Virus record (IMG/VR): IMGVR_UViG_3300042303_000391
Reading direction: 5' to 3' (one strand)
Length of the DNA stretch: 64,000 nucleotides
DNA from: an uncultured virus (IMG/VR IMGVR_UViG_3300042303_000391)
Lineage: Duplodnaviria; Heunggongvirae; Uroviricota; Caudoviricetes
Shown: positions 20,866 through 30,383 of the stretch, one piece after another
Numbering within the stretch: the first letter of the stretch is position 1
How the letters are laid out: the number at the start of each line of letters is the position of its first letter
Translations under genes and position numbers: made by a program
Notes under the pieces: generated by a model
What the model was told of the DNA's origin: nothing
The model's database searches: none
What the model saw: only the letters and a program-made list of their open reading frames with translations

Positions 20866-21885
20866 TTAACACCCAACCCATTGAATAGGAATAGCTTGTA
20901 TATGTTGTGGTACAACACTGAAACTTTGAAGATCATTATTTATAGTACTTCCTGTAAAAGAACCTGTACCACTACCTGTAAAAGGATGAGAGTGTATTCC
21001 TGAAGCCCCAAAAATAGCTCGTGCACCACAATCTCTCCCTCCATCAGTAGTTATACCTTCCCCTTGACATTGTAAAGGATCATTACCATCTATACCACTG
21101 TAAGCCCCACAACTATCAGGACAAGCATTACTAGCATTATACTCATAAAAGGCTTTATGTGTATGTAAACCTGCAGGATCAGTAGTTCCTGTAACATTAA
21201 AAGTAGCATTAGTGGTAAAAGATACTGGAGGAATATTACTATCATCTAAAGTTACTGAATTATTTCCTGAAGGAGTAGTAATTGCACTAGGGCCATATTT
21301 TATAAAGTTTCCTAAAACAGCAGGAACGGTCCCTATAACATTTATAGTACCATTATTACCGTTAGCAATAGCCCATCCTGCTACAGGTCCTGGAATTAAA
21401 CCTAACCCTGTTACATCAAAATCTGTTTGTAATCCAAAATAAGGAAGGATTGTTTTTGGGGGAATTAGTCCATTTACTTTAAAAGTTTTGGAATTAGTAG
21501 TCTCAGTTAAAGTAACTCTAGTTGAATCACAGGCAGTTACAGTAACAGGTTTAGTTAAATTTAAATTATTTACTTGATTTTGTAAAGCAGTTAATTGAGT
21601 ATTTAATGTTTGTAGCTGAGTACAATAAGCAGACTCAGTATCTAAAATACTTTGTAATACTGTTAATAAAGAAGTTTTAGTTAAATTAATACAAGGACTA
21701 TTTTCTACTAAAGTTGACATATCTAATTGACTTTGGAGTAAGCCAATACAATTATCAAATTTAGCAATTACAGATGTAAGTAATTCTCCATTAGTAATGG
21801 TATTACCATTACATATAATTAAATCAGGACCAGAGTACTGAATTAATCCAGTATTGGTTTCTAAAGGGTTACAGTCTACACACAT
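20866..21885 (-). CDS. Tail fibre/collar-like protein
   Basis: Coiled coil, GWAIANGNNGT collar-like motif, H-x-H motifs (HTH, HSH). Confidence 0.6.
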   Translation of the reverse strand: MCVDCNPLETNTGLIQYSGPDLIICNGNTITNGELLTSVIAKFDNCIGLLQSQLDMSTLVENSPCINLTKTSLLTVLQSILDTESAYCTQLQTLNTQLTALQNQVNNLNLTKPVTVTACDSTRVTLTETTNSKTFKVNGLIPPKTILPYFGLQTDFDVTGLGLIPGPVAGWAIANGNNGTINVIGTVPAVLGNFIKYGPSAITTPSGNNSVTLDDSNIPPVSFTTNATFNVTGTTDPAGLHTHKAFYEYNASNACPDSCGAYSGIDGNDPLQCQGEGITTDGGRDCGARAIFGASGIHSHPFTGSGTGSFTGSTINNDLQSFSVVPQHIQAIPIQWVGC

Positions 21886-21902
21886 ATTTTTTGTTTAATT
21901 AA

Positions 21903-22994
21903 TTAAAAAGTACAGAAAGTAGTATTGTTAAAATTACTTAGAGCCAAATTAGTAACAGTAATTGTACTTGTTTTTATAGAGTTGTCAAAAGCGTCATTTG
22001 GGTCTACTTTACAAGGGGTATTGGCTTCCAATACCACTATCTCTAAATCAACTGTTGAATCAATAGTTGGATTAGCCACTGTTTTATCGTGATAAGTTCC
22101 TCCAGGATTTTTATCTACATTTATATACCATAATCCTTGGGAACCATTATAAGTAGCCCAAACACTATTTGGAGTATTTGAACCCCAAGTTAAAGGCTCA
22201 TTTGAACCAACTACAGTTATAGATTGGATTGTCTTTAATGCTTGCCATCTAATATTAGAACCTCCTTGAGTAGCAATACAGCTATCTGAAAAAACTACAG
22301 GTGTTGCAAAGTATGTAGTTAAATCTTTGTAGCATCCTACATATCCTGTTCCAACACTTCCATTTAAAAATGTTTGTCCTCCAGTATTTTGAGCACCTTG
22401 CCATAAATAAATTTGAGCAGTTGCCCCACTTGTATTATTACAACCTACTGAATTACTATATCTTCTAAAATTATCTGCAAAAAAATACTCAGTATATAAC
22501 GAGAAAGAAAAAGGTGTACTATCTGAACATTTTTGAACCTCTATGTTAACTCCACCTAGTCCAGAAGATTTAGCTTGTAAAACATTTGTAGGGTCTTTAT
22601 CTACAACCATTGCCCAGCCATTTAATGTTTGGCTATAAGTATTTCCTCCAAAATTAGAAGGGTATGCATTTGAAAAAGTAGCGTTGTTTAAATATACAAA
22701 AGATACATTAGCAGTATTTGTTCCTACAACTTTTACAGAATGTATTTTAGAATAATATTCTGTTTTAGTTGACCCTCCTCCAGGATTGTAAACTTCATTA
22801 CATCCGCAATGAAATTTAATTGGGATTACCCACTGAGTAGTGGAAAAACTTAACATATCTTCTGGTCCAACCTCATAAGAAATATAAGGATCTGAACTTG
22901 GATAATAAGAAGTAACCTCTGAAGGGCAACCACAACAAGTTTTATCAAATTCTGTAAGAGCTTCTAAACCCTTATTTATACATTTTTCTGCCAT
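21903..22994 (-). CDS. Cys-containing putative structural protein
   Basis: 363 aa beta-rich with internal duplication (IHSVKVVG/IQSITVVG; VDKDP/VDKNP). Confidence 0.5.
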   Translation of the reverse strand: MAEKCINKGLEALTEFDKTCCGCPSEVTSYYPSSDPYISYEVGPEDMLSFSTTQWVIPIKFHCGCNEVYNPGGGSTKTEYYSKIHSVKVVGTNTANVSFVYLNNATFSNAYPSNFGGNTYSQTLNGWAMVVDKDPTNVLQAKSSGLGGVNIEVQKCSDSTPFSFSLYTEYFFADNFRRYSNSVGCNNTSGATAQIYLWQGAQNTGGQTFLNGSVGTGYVGCYKDLTTYFATPVVFSDSCIATQGGSNIRWQALKTIQSITVVGSNEPLTWGSNTPNSVWATYNGSQGLWYINVDKNPGGTYHDKTVANPTIDSTVDLEIVVLEANTPCKVDPNDAFDNSIKTSTITVTNLALSNFNNTTFCTF

Positions 22995-23005
22995 TTTTTT
23001 TATTT

Positions 23006-25633
23006 TTAGTCACAGTCGTTCCAACAGATTCTTAAATTTATAGTTGAATTAGGGTTAATGTCCGCACAGGTTTTATCTACAGTAAGGTACCAAATTCCAT
23101 CTCTAACTACGGTAGTATAAGTACAACCCGTAGATGATAGTACTGTTATAGAACTAACTTTTAATATTTTACCTGCACAAGTGAACACATTTGGAATAAC
23201 TGCTTCATACTTACTTAATGAAGGATTAGTTTCAGACCAACATAAATCATTTATATTTATGTTATAATTAGCTTCATTAGGATTGTCACAATCAACACAT
23301 GGTCCGCATTCTGGAAGGTCACAAGGGATTGTTAATGTACTATAAAACAAAGTTGGGTCTCCATTGCAATCATCTATGTTTGAAGTTAATTGTAGTTCAA
23401 TTCCACAAATTTCTGAAATGTCATTAGTTGAAAATTCTATTCTGTATCCTGCTCCATAAGTAGTTATTGTTCCTATTTGAACTCCATTTTTTATTACAGA
23501 TGCTACAACTCCGATAGTATTTGTCCAACCTGGACAATTTATTGTATAGTCAGCTAGTATGGTAATACCCTCTAGGATTTCATAACAATCTGCTATTGTT
23601 ACAGTAAAAGCATTTTCTTCTGGACAATCTGCACAACACTCATTTATGTCATTTTTTCCAAAAGTTCCTGAATAATTTTTAGAAACTCCGCAAACTGTAT
23701 ACCCAAATATTACACTAATCATGCCTACTGGCCAAGAACTTTCAGATGAAAGAATATGCCACTTATTGTTTATTTTTACAAATTTTAGTATATTTGAGGT
23801 ACCCAATGTATTATCAGTGACTACTGCTCCTTCAAAATCAATATTATTTACATTTACACAACCATTAGATGTAATAGTAACTTCTACTGCACCACCAACG
23901 ATTCCTTCATCAGAATAAGGAATATAGCAATCTGCAAATGTTATATTTAAGTCTAGTTCGCAATCTTCACAACATACAGGAATATCACAAGGAAAATCTT
24001 CAGTTAATTCTATAGTTTTTACTACTCCACATTCGTTATAGTCTACAGTATAGTTTATTTGTAGATTTTCAGAAGGTGAAGGAGGTATTTGAGCCATTCC
24101 AGAAATCTGATCTAGAGGTGCTGCAGGAGGCACTGTTCCTCTAATATTTATATTAGTTATATTTTTATTGTAAAGATAATTAAACGTCACCGCATCATAT
24201 ACTAAAACATTTCCATACTCTTCAGCAACATATATCTTTCCATCTAATACTGCTATTCCTGGAGGTGATATAGAATTTACAGAAAGTGATAGTGGTGAAC
24301 TTGAGGCTACAAGTGCCTTTGTAATATAATTAAACTTTCTTATTATAAATACAGGAGTACTAGTAAAATTGCCCTGTAACATGTAAACATGTGTACCATC
24401 AAATGCAATATCATTTACACAACTATTTACCCCATAAAGAGCACTTATATCTGAAAATATAGTGTAAGTTAAAGTAGAGAAATTGTATTCTCTAATCTCA
24501 TATTCTGTTGCAGGAAGAAGACCTCCAGGTTGCATTCCTTGAACCCAATCTACTAATACTAAATTATCACTTACTGCTTCTAAAGAAACATAAAATCCAT
24601 CTTCATAGTCTGCACCAGAAGGCTCTGCTATCATTGTAAAGTTAGATAAAACTAATGTATTCCAATCAATATCATATCTACCTACAAATGAATAATCAAT
24701 AGGAAATGTTCCTGTGGGGTCTGGTGCTGTAAACCAATTAATCAAAAATATTTTATTGGCAGTTACTGCTATATCGCCATCTCCTGTATTTAAAGGCACT
24801 GTAATGCTTCCGTCAACAGGGTGGTTATAAACTACTGTTGGAGGGAAAGTAAGCTTAAAAGTAGCATCTCCTGTATTTACATTATATTCATATATTTCTC
24901 TGGCAAATGACTTTCCAAAATATATCCTTCCATCATTTCCACAATTTAAAGCTTTAAAAGCATTTATATCTTTTACTTTTAAATTCCAATCATTGTTAGT
25001 GTCTTTTACTATAGAAATATCTGGACTAGAAACGTAAATATTAGTTAAGTAATCATTGTAATTAGGAAGTCCTGTACAAGAAAATTCAGGGGTTATTTTT
25101 AATAAATAATCATCATTACCTATGTAAGACCAACAAGGACCGTAATCCATAGACAAAGTTGGTTCCAAACATGGTTCACAATAACTTATTTCCTTGTCTA
25201 TTTCGTAATTACAACCCTTTGCGTCTACTATTTTTAAACTAACCTCAAAGTCTGTAACAATGTTTCCATTAATCCAATCAAGAAATAACACAGGATCTGT
25301 TACAGTTTTACCACTAGGCAAAGTAAATTTTGTAGGATCAAAAGTCCAATTATATGTAATAGTACCAAAACTATTAAATATAACTGGAGTTATTTTAATT
25401 CCAGTAGGAGTTGACTCTATAGTAAGAGCATTAATGAATAATTTACATAAAGTCTCAATAGTGTCTTCACATATAGTATCGTATTTTGACACACAAATTA
25501 TCTCTTTAGTATTACAATTTAAACTATTTATATAGTTTTGTATAATAACAGACTCTAATTCTTGAGAGTCAGGTCCAATATGGTCAATAAAATTAATTAC
25601 CAGTTGTGGTAATGAGCACTTAATTACATCCAC
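23006..25633 (-). CDS. Large Cys-rich structural protein with probable beta-propeller
   Basis: 875 aa; CEPC/CCEDC/CCADC/CVDC linkers; DIAFDG, GIAVLDG propeller-like blades. Confidence 0.55.
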   Translation of the reverse strand: MDVIKCSLPQLVINFIDHIGPDSQELESVIIQNYINSLNCNTKEIICVSKYDTICEDTIETLCKLFINALTIESTPTGIKITPVIFNSFGTITYNWTFDPTKFTLPSGKTVTDPVLFLDWINGNIVTDFEVSLKIVDAKGCNYEIDKEISYCEPCLEPTLSMDYGPCWSYIGNDDYLLKITPEFSCTGLPNYNDYLTNIYVSSPDISIVKDTNNDWNLKVKDINAFKALNCGNDGRIYFGKSFAREIYEYNVNTGDATFKLTFPPTVVYNHPVDGSITVPLNTGDGDIAVTANKIFLINWFTAPDPTGTFPIDYSFVGRYDIDWNTLVLSNFTMIAEPSGADYEDGFYVSLEAVSDNLVLVDWVQGMQPGGLLPATEYEIREYNFSTLTYTIFSDISALYGVNSCVNDIAFDGTHVYMLQGNFTSTPVFIIRKFNYITKALVASSSPLSLSVNSISPPGIAVLDGKIYVAEEYGNVLVYDAVTFNYLYNKNITNINIRGTVPPAAPLDQISGMAQIPPSPSENLQINYTVDYNECGVVKTIELTEDFPCDIPVCCEDCELDLNITFADCYIPYSDEGIVGGAVEVTITSNGCVNVNNIDFEGAVVTDNTLGTSNILKFVKINNKWHILSSESSWPVGMISVIFGYTVCGVSKNYSGTFGKNDINECCADCPEENAFTVTIADCYEILEGITILADYTINCPGWTNTIGVVASVIKNGVQIGTITTYGAGYRIEFSTNDISEICGIELQLTSNIDDCNGDPTLFYSTLTIPCDLPECGPCVDCDNPNEANYNININDLCWSETNPSLSKYEAVIPNVFTCAGKILKVSSITVLSSTGCTYTTVVRDGIWYLTVDKTCADINPNSTINLRICWNDCD

Positions 25634-26486
25634 TGCAACAAGATTTAGAATTTAATTTATCTATTATAATAGGGTTATTTAAATATGCAACTATTCTTTC
25701 GTATAATTCACACATTTCTGCACAATTACAACCTCCGCAATTTCCAGAAGTAGTTAGTGCTAAATAATATAGATACATGTTTTTATTTAATGTATCATCT
25801 TCTAAGGCATCTTCTAATAATGAGGCTATTTTACATTTAATAGTACAATCAGCAAAAAAACACTGAGTTTCTTCTATAGTTGAGCCATCTAGTAATGTGT
25901 ATATAAGTTTAATTTTATAAACTCCATCTATAAAGTTTACAAGATTAAAAGATGCTGGTCGTAAGTATAAATAATCTAACCCATAAAACCAATTTCCTTG
26001 ACTATTAAAGTTGAATAAAAATATCTCAACAGTTGTAGACATATTAAAACTAATAGGAACTATACCTGTTGGTAATCCTGTTATTCTAAGTTCATTACCT
26101 ACAAGTACGACACTTAACCCAACAGTACTTAAACCATTGTCTATCAACAAATCAGTTATTGCAGTTAAGTAATCTCCTACTGTAGCAGTAGCCATGTCTA
26201 TGTTTAAGTTATCTATAGAAAATTCTTGACCAGTTATTATATGTTTAAAAATAATTTCATCTAAAATATCATTTTTAGCAATATTCTGAGATAAATCTAT
26301 TGACCAATAATCAAAATGAGTATATTGCAACTCTTTTTTAATTGGGGTTTCTCCACAATTAATATTATACTCTAATTCTACTTTTGTAAACTCAGAAGTC
26401 TCTAATAACAAATTTTCCTTTAATTTCTGAATTGTAGGAGAATCTAATTTAAGGTACTGGCAATTATAATTTTCTACTGTTAACAT
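25620..26486 (-). CDS. Cys-rich putative structural protein
   Basis: DGVYKI and CFFADC..KC motifs parallel EGYYTI and CYYNTC..DC in 27154-27720; SCCSGCN end. Confidence 0.55.
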   Translation of the reverse strand: MLTVENYNCQYLKLDSPTIQKLKENLLLETSEFTKVELEYNINCGETPIKKELQYTHFDYWSIDLSQNIAKNDILDEIIFKHIITGQEFSIDNLNIDMATATVGDYLTAITDLLIDNGLSTVGLSVVLVGNELRITGLPTGIVPISFNMSTTVEIFLFNFNSQGNWFYGLDYLYLRPASFNLVNFIDGVYKIKLIYTLLDGSTIEETQCFFADCTIKCKIASLLEDALEDDTLNKNMYLYYLALTTSGNCGGCNCAEMCELYERIVAYLNNPIIIDKLNSKSCCSGCN

Positions 26487-26548
26487 TTTTATATTTTTTT
26501 ATACCTCCAATAAATTCTATTGGAAAGTGGTTTATATGTTTAATAATA

Positions 26549-27145
26549 TCAAATATTTTCTATTAGTTTTTTTAGTTTTAATTCATCTAAACACTGTAGA
26601 CAATATTTATCTATTTCTTGATATTCAGTGCATTCTTCTATTTCTTCTGCAAGATATTTAGAAGAAAGTATTTGCTTTTTACTGTAATCAACTGCAAATG
26701 CAAAGAAAGAAAATAATTTTTTATTTTCTAAATATATTTTTACATTTTCTATATCAGCAAGAGTATTAACAGGTACTGGTACAAAAAAAGACCCTACCCA
26801 AACTCCATTTGGTTGTGGAAGTGGGGGAAAATCCCACACAAAACTTTTATCAGTTTTAATAATTTTTTTTATTTTCTTTACAAGTATTTCAGCTTTAGTT
26901 CCTATTATTCTAATTAAAGTCTTTGTAATCGTATAATCTTCAGTCTCTTCTAAACAATAAAAGTTTTTATCTAATCTTACTCTAATGAAATTATTTTCTA
27001 AGAGTTGTTTAGTATAGATTAATTTTTGCAACTTATCCTTACAAGTCTTATATCCATAAGTTTCTGATCTACAAAAAGATTGTACTAACTTTGAAATTTC
27101 AGCATCTAATTTACACAATAAATCTTTATAAGTATTTAAAGTCAT
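26549..27145 (-). CDS. Hypothetical structural-cluster protein
   Basis: 198 aa ORF in operon. Confidence 0.5.
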   Translation of the reverse strand: MTLNTYKDLLCKLDAEISKLVQSFCRSETYGYKTCKDKLQKLIYTKQLLENNFIRVRLDKNFYCLEETEDYTITKTLIRIIGTKAEILVKKIKKIIKTDKSFVWDFPPLPQPNGVWVGSFFVPVPVNTLADIENVKIYLENKKLFSFFAFAVDYSKKQILSSKYLAEEIEECTEYQEIDKYCLQCLDELKLKKLIENI

Positions 27146-27153
27146 ATTTTTAG

Positions 27154-27720
27154 TTATTTACAACCACAATCAATATTTAATACTCCTAATTTATACTGAA
27201 GACATTCGTGTATTTCAGTAGCAGTTTCTTTTTTACAAAGGCTTGCAGAAGACTTCAGTCCTTCTCTATATAACTTTAAAGTTTCAATATCCTTTGTCTC
27301 TTGTCTTAATTTACCTGTGCAATCATTATCATTGCAACATTTGTTTTGTAAATATTCCAAAGTTTTCTTATCAATAGTACAATCTAATTGACAAGTATTA
27401 TAATAACAAAAAGTTTCACTGCTAGTAACTATAGGACTGCTAATATTTAGTTGCTGTGTTACCACTAATTCAATAGTATAATATCCTTCTAATATATCCT
27501 GTAAAAGTGCGTTTAAATCAGTTTGTTGGCCTAAATTTTTAGCATTTAAAGTAAGTTGCCCTTCAAAAGGAATTGATAGTTGTATAGTTTCAGTTTGACC
27601 TGGACTTAATACTTTAATATAAGTTGTTTTAACTGCACCCAATGTTAAATCATACTCAGAAGTATTATTAACATAAATATATTTGCAACTATGTTGACTA
27701 AATTCTAAATTTAAATTCAT
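27154..27720 (-). CDS. Cys-rich ring-like structural protein
   Basis: LNAKNLG, EGYYTI, C-terminal DCGCK. Confidence 0.55.
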   Translation of the reverse strand: MNLNLEFSQHSCKYIYVNNTSEYDLTLGAVKTTYIKVLSPGQTETIQLSIPFEGQLTLNAKNLGQQTDLNALLQDILEGYYTIELVVTQQLNISSPIVTSSETFCYYNTCQLDCTIDKKTLEYLQNKCCNDNDCTGKLRQETKDIETLKLYREGLKSSASLCKKETATEIHECLQYKLGVLNIDCGCK

Positions 27721-27721
27721 T

Positions 27722-28390
27722 TTATTGTGCTTTAAAGCTTTCGTATAAGTTTAATATTTCTTCTACAATAGGGTCTCTATGGTTAGTTTTTAAAACAATT
27801 TTAGTGTAATTTTTCAATTCTTTTTCTTGTAAAAAATCTAAAAATTTTATTCCTGAAGTAATTCCTCTACCTAAATCTATTTGGTTAATATCTCCACATA
27901 GCATCATCTTACTTCCTTTACCTAATCTTTCCAGAACCATTTTTACCTGACTTTCAGTAGTATTTTGTACTTCATCCACTATAATTACAGCTTCACAAAA
28001 TGTACTACCTCTCATATAAGCAAAAGGTTTTATCTGTATAGACCCTTCTTTTATCATATTATCTATCTTGTCTTTCTTATATAAAGAATAGAAATTCTGA
28101 TAGATGGCTTGTACATAAGGGTCAAGTTTTTCTTCCATACCCCCAGGTAAAAAGCCTAGTTTTTCTCCTGCTTCTACAGCAGGTCTTGTTATTATAATAT
28201 GCTTTACTTGCTTTTTAAAAAACAAATCTAAAGCTACTTGGCAAGATACCAGTGTTTTTCCTGAACCCGCCTTTCCTGCAATATACGTTACACTATTTTG
28301 AAGTATAACTGATTTTGCTTGTTTTTGTTCCTCATTTAAAGTAATTTGGAATTTTATATTTTTTTCTCTTTCATTTGCAAATTCTGGCAT
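27722..28390 (-). CDS. phoH: PhoH family ATPase
   Basis: G.AGSGKT, TRPAVEAGEKLGFLPG, AYMRGSTF, DEVQN, GD..QIDL. Confidence 0.95.
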   Translation of the reverse strand: MPEFANEREKNIKFQITLNEEQKQAKSVILQNSVTYIAGKAGSGKTLVSCQVALDLFFKKQVKHIIITRPAVEAGEKLGFLPGGMEEKLDPYVQAIYQNFYSLYKKDKIDNMIKEGSIQIKPFAYMRGSTFCEAVIIVDEVQNTTESQVKMVLERLGKGSKMMLCGDINQIDLGRGITSGIKFLDFLQEKELKNYTKIVLKTNHRDPIVEEILNLYESFKAQ

Positions 28391-28464
28391 AAATTATTTT
28401 TAGTAAGATTTATTGCAAATATGAGAATTAATTTTGAGTTTATAAATTAAAGTTTAATTATATT

Positions 28465-29718
28465 TTAAGGAACTATTGTACAATTTTTAGATAGCAAAAT
28501 AGTCTCTAAGTTTGTTCCTGTAATTGAATTAATATTACTTGCAAAATTTACAGTATTAAGCCCGATAAAAATAGTTTGAGCATTTGCCCAAGGTTCACTA
28601 GATGTATATCCTGCAATAGTCATTTGGTTATTTGCTAAATTTAATTGAGTTAAAGAAATAGGCAGTTCATTAGATGGATTAAATATTACTATTTGATTAC
28701 CAGATAAATCTAACTCAATTAAACTACTAGGTAAAGATAAAGTAGGGTCAAAAGTAACTATTTGATTACTTTGCAGTTGTAATTGAGTTAAACTACTTGG
28801 TAACGCAATAGTTGGATTAAATGTTACAATTTGATTAAGATCTAAAGTTAAGCTAGTTAAACTATTTGGTAAGGCAATACTAGGGTTAAATGTAACTATT
28901 TGATTAAAAGATAAACTTAACGTAGTTAAACTACTTGGTAACGCAATAGTTGGATTAAATGTTACAATTTGATTACCATTTAATTGTAATATCCCTAAAC
29001 TACTTGGTAAAGGAATACTAGGGTTAAAAGTAACTATTTGATTACCATTTAATCCTAGTATTAATAAACTACTGTCAAATCCTCCAATCTTATTTACTAA
29101 AGTAACATTTTTACTAGCTAAATTAAGAGTTACTACTCCAGCTACTGTTATATCAGCTTGTAATCTATTTCCAGTTAAATCAAAAGAACTTATTACTACA
29201 GACGTAGCACCTAAATCATTAGTTAGCCAATCTTCAAAAGTAGCTTGGTTAGTTACAGGTACTGTTCCTACTAAACTCCAATCTGCTGTTATATCAAAAT
29301 TATAAGAAAGAGGACATCCACATTCAGTTATTCCACAACAGTTTAATACTTTATCTATAATAGTGGTAAAATTAATAGTTTCAATAGTTTTAGCTGGCCT
29401 AATCACATCTGTTGTAATCCACCATTGTGCACTTCTTGAGCCTGGACATAAAGTTGTTTTTTTGCAACAATTATATACGTCTAAGACTAATTTGTTTAGA
29501 GATTGCCAATTAGCACCTGGTTTTTTTCTACCATAAATTAAAGCAGATTTTCTTATAAAGTAATCTGATTTGCTAGCAAGTAACCCATTACAACAAGTTA
29601 TTCCAAAACAAGAGAATATGTCTCCCACTAAGTCTGACATATTAATAAAGGCACCTTGATTAACAAGTTTATGTTGCCCTTTGTAAATTGTCTCTGAAAT
29701 AATATTTATTCTTTTCAT
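28465..29718 (-). CDS. Leucine-rich repeat protein with Cys-rich N-terminal domain
   Basis: Six to seven 24-aa repeats LPSSLTxLxLxxNQIVTFNPxIx; N-terminus shared with 29818-30234. Confidence 0.8.
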   Translation of the reverse strand: MKRINIISETIYKGQHKLVNQGAFINMSDLVGDIFSCFGITCCNGLLASKSDYFIRKSALIYGRKKPGANWQSLNKLVLDVYNCCKKTTLCPGSRSAQWWITTDVIRPAKTIETINFTTIIDKVLNCCGITECGCPLSYNFDITADWSLVGTVPVTNQATFEDWLTNDLGATSVVISSFDLTGNRLQADITVAGVVTLNLASKNVTLVNKIGGFDSSLLILGLNGNQIVTFNPSIPLPSSLGILQLNGNQIVTFNPTIALPSSLTTLSLSFNQIVTFNPSIALPNSLTSLTLDLNQIVTFNPTIALPSSLTQLQLQSNQIVTFDPTLSLPSSLIELDLSGNQIVIFNPSNELPISLTQLNLANNQMTIAGYTSSEPWANAQTIFIGLNTVNFASNINSITGTNLETILLSKNCTIVP

Positions 29719-29753
29719 TTTTTTATTGAATTTTTTATTTTAATTATTTAATA

Positions 29754-29819
29754 TTAAGGAGTTACTGTACAATTTTTTGTAAGTAAAATAGCTCGTAAAT
29801 TAGTTCCTACAACAGAATT
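29754..29819 (-). pseudogene. Orphan C-terminal fragment homologous to the LRR protein end
   Basis: Translates NSVVGTNLRAILLTKNCTVTP* versus NSITGTNLETILLSKNCTIVP* in 28465-29718. Confidence 0.7.
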
Positions 29820-30234
29820 AAGGAGAAATAGGAGGCACTACAGGTCCACAACAATCTAATAGTTCACAACAAGTGAGAACTTTAATTATTATATTTGTAA
29901 AGTTGATAGTTTCAATAGTTTGTTTTGGCCTGATTACATCAGTAGTAATCCACCACTGTTCTTGGGTACTAGAACACAAAGTTGTATTTGCACAACAATT
30001 ATAAACATCTAAAATTAACTTATTTAAAGACCTCCAATTGGGTCCAGGTTTTTTCCTTCCTCTTAGTAAATAAGTTTTTCTAATAAAAAAATCTGCCTTT
30101 TTTTCACAACAAGGAATACCAAAACAAGTAAAAATGTCATTGACAATGTTTGTTAAATTTACAAAGGAACCTTGATTGACTTGTTTTATTTGACCTTTAT
30201 AAATTGCCTCTGAAAGAATATTTATTTTTTTCAT
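29818..30234 (-). CDS. Cys-rich protein, paralog of the LRR protein N-terminal domain
   Basis: MK.INI.SE.IYKGQ...DIF.CFGI.CC...WWITTDVIRP..TIETINFT shared. Confidence 0.7.
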   Translation of the reverse strand: MKKINILSEAIYKGQIKQVNQGSFVNLTNIVNDIFTCFGIPCCEKKADFFIRKTYLLRGRKKPGPNWRSLNKLILDVYNCCANTTLCSSTQEQWWITTDVIRPKQTIETINFTNIIIKVLTCCELLDCCGPVVPPISP

Positions 30235-30302
30235 GTATATTTATATAATATTTAACAAAAATAAGTATTAATTTTTATATTATAAAAATTATGTTATATG
30301 TA

Positions 30303-30340
30303 TAAAAAAAATAGGCGGCAAAGTTTCCTCTACCACCTAC
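30303..30340 (-). terminator. Intrinsic terminator
   Basis: GTAGGTGGTAGAG-GAAA-CTTTGCCGCCTAT followed by a T run. Confidence 0.8.
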
Positions 30341-30383
30341 TCCACACACAAAACAATATATTAATTAATTTTACTTAATAATA

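Noticed and set aside
27722..28390. PhoH as a novel auxiliary gene
   Set aside because: PhoH is common in aquatic phages; only its placement among structural genes is mildly notable.
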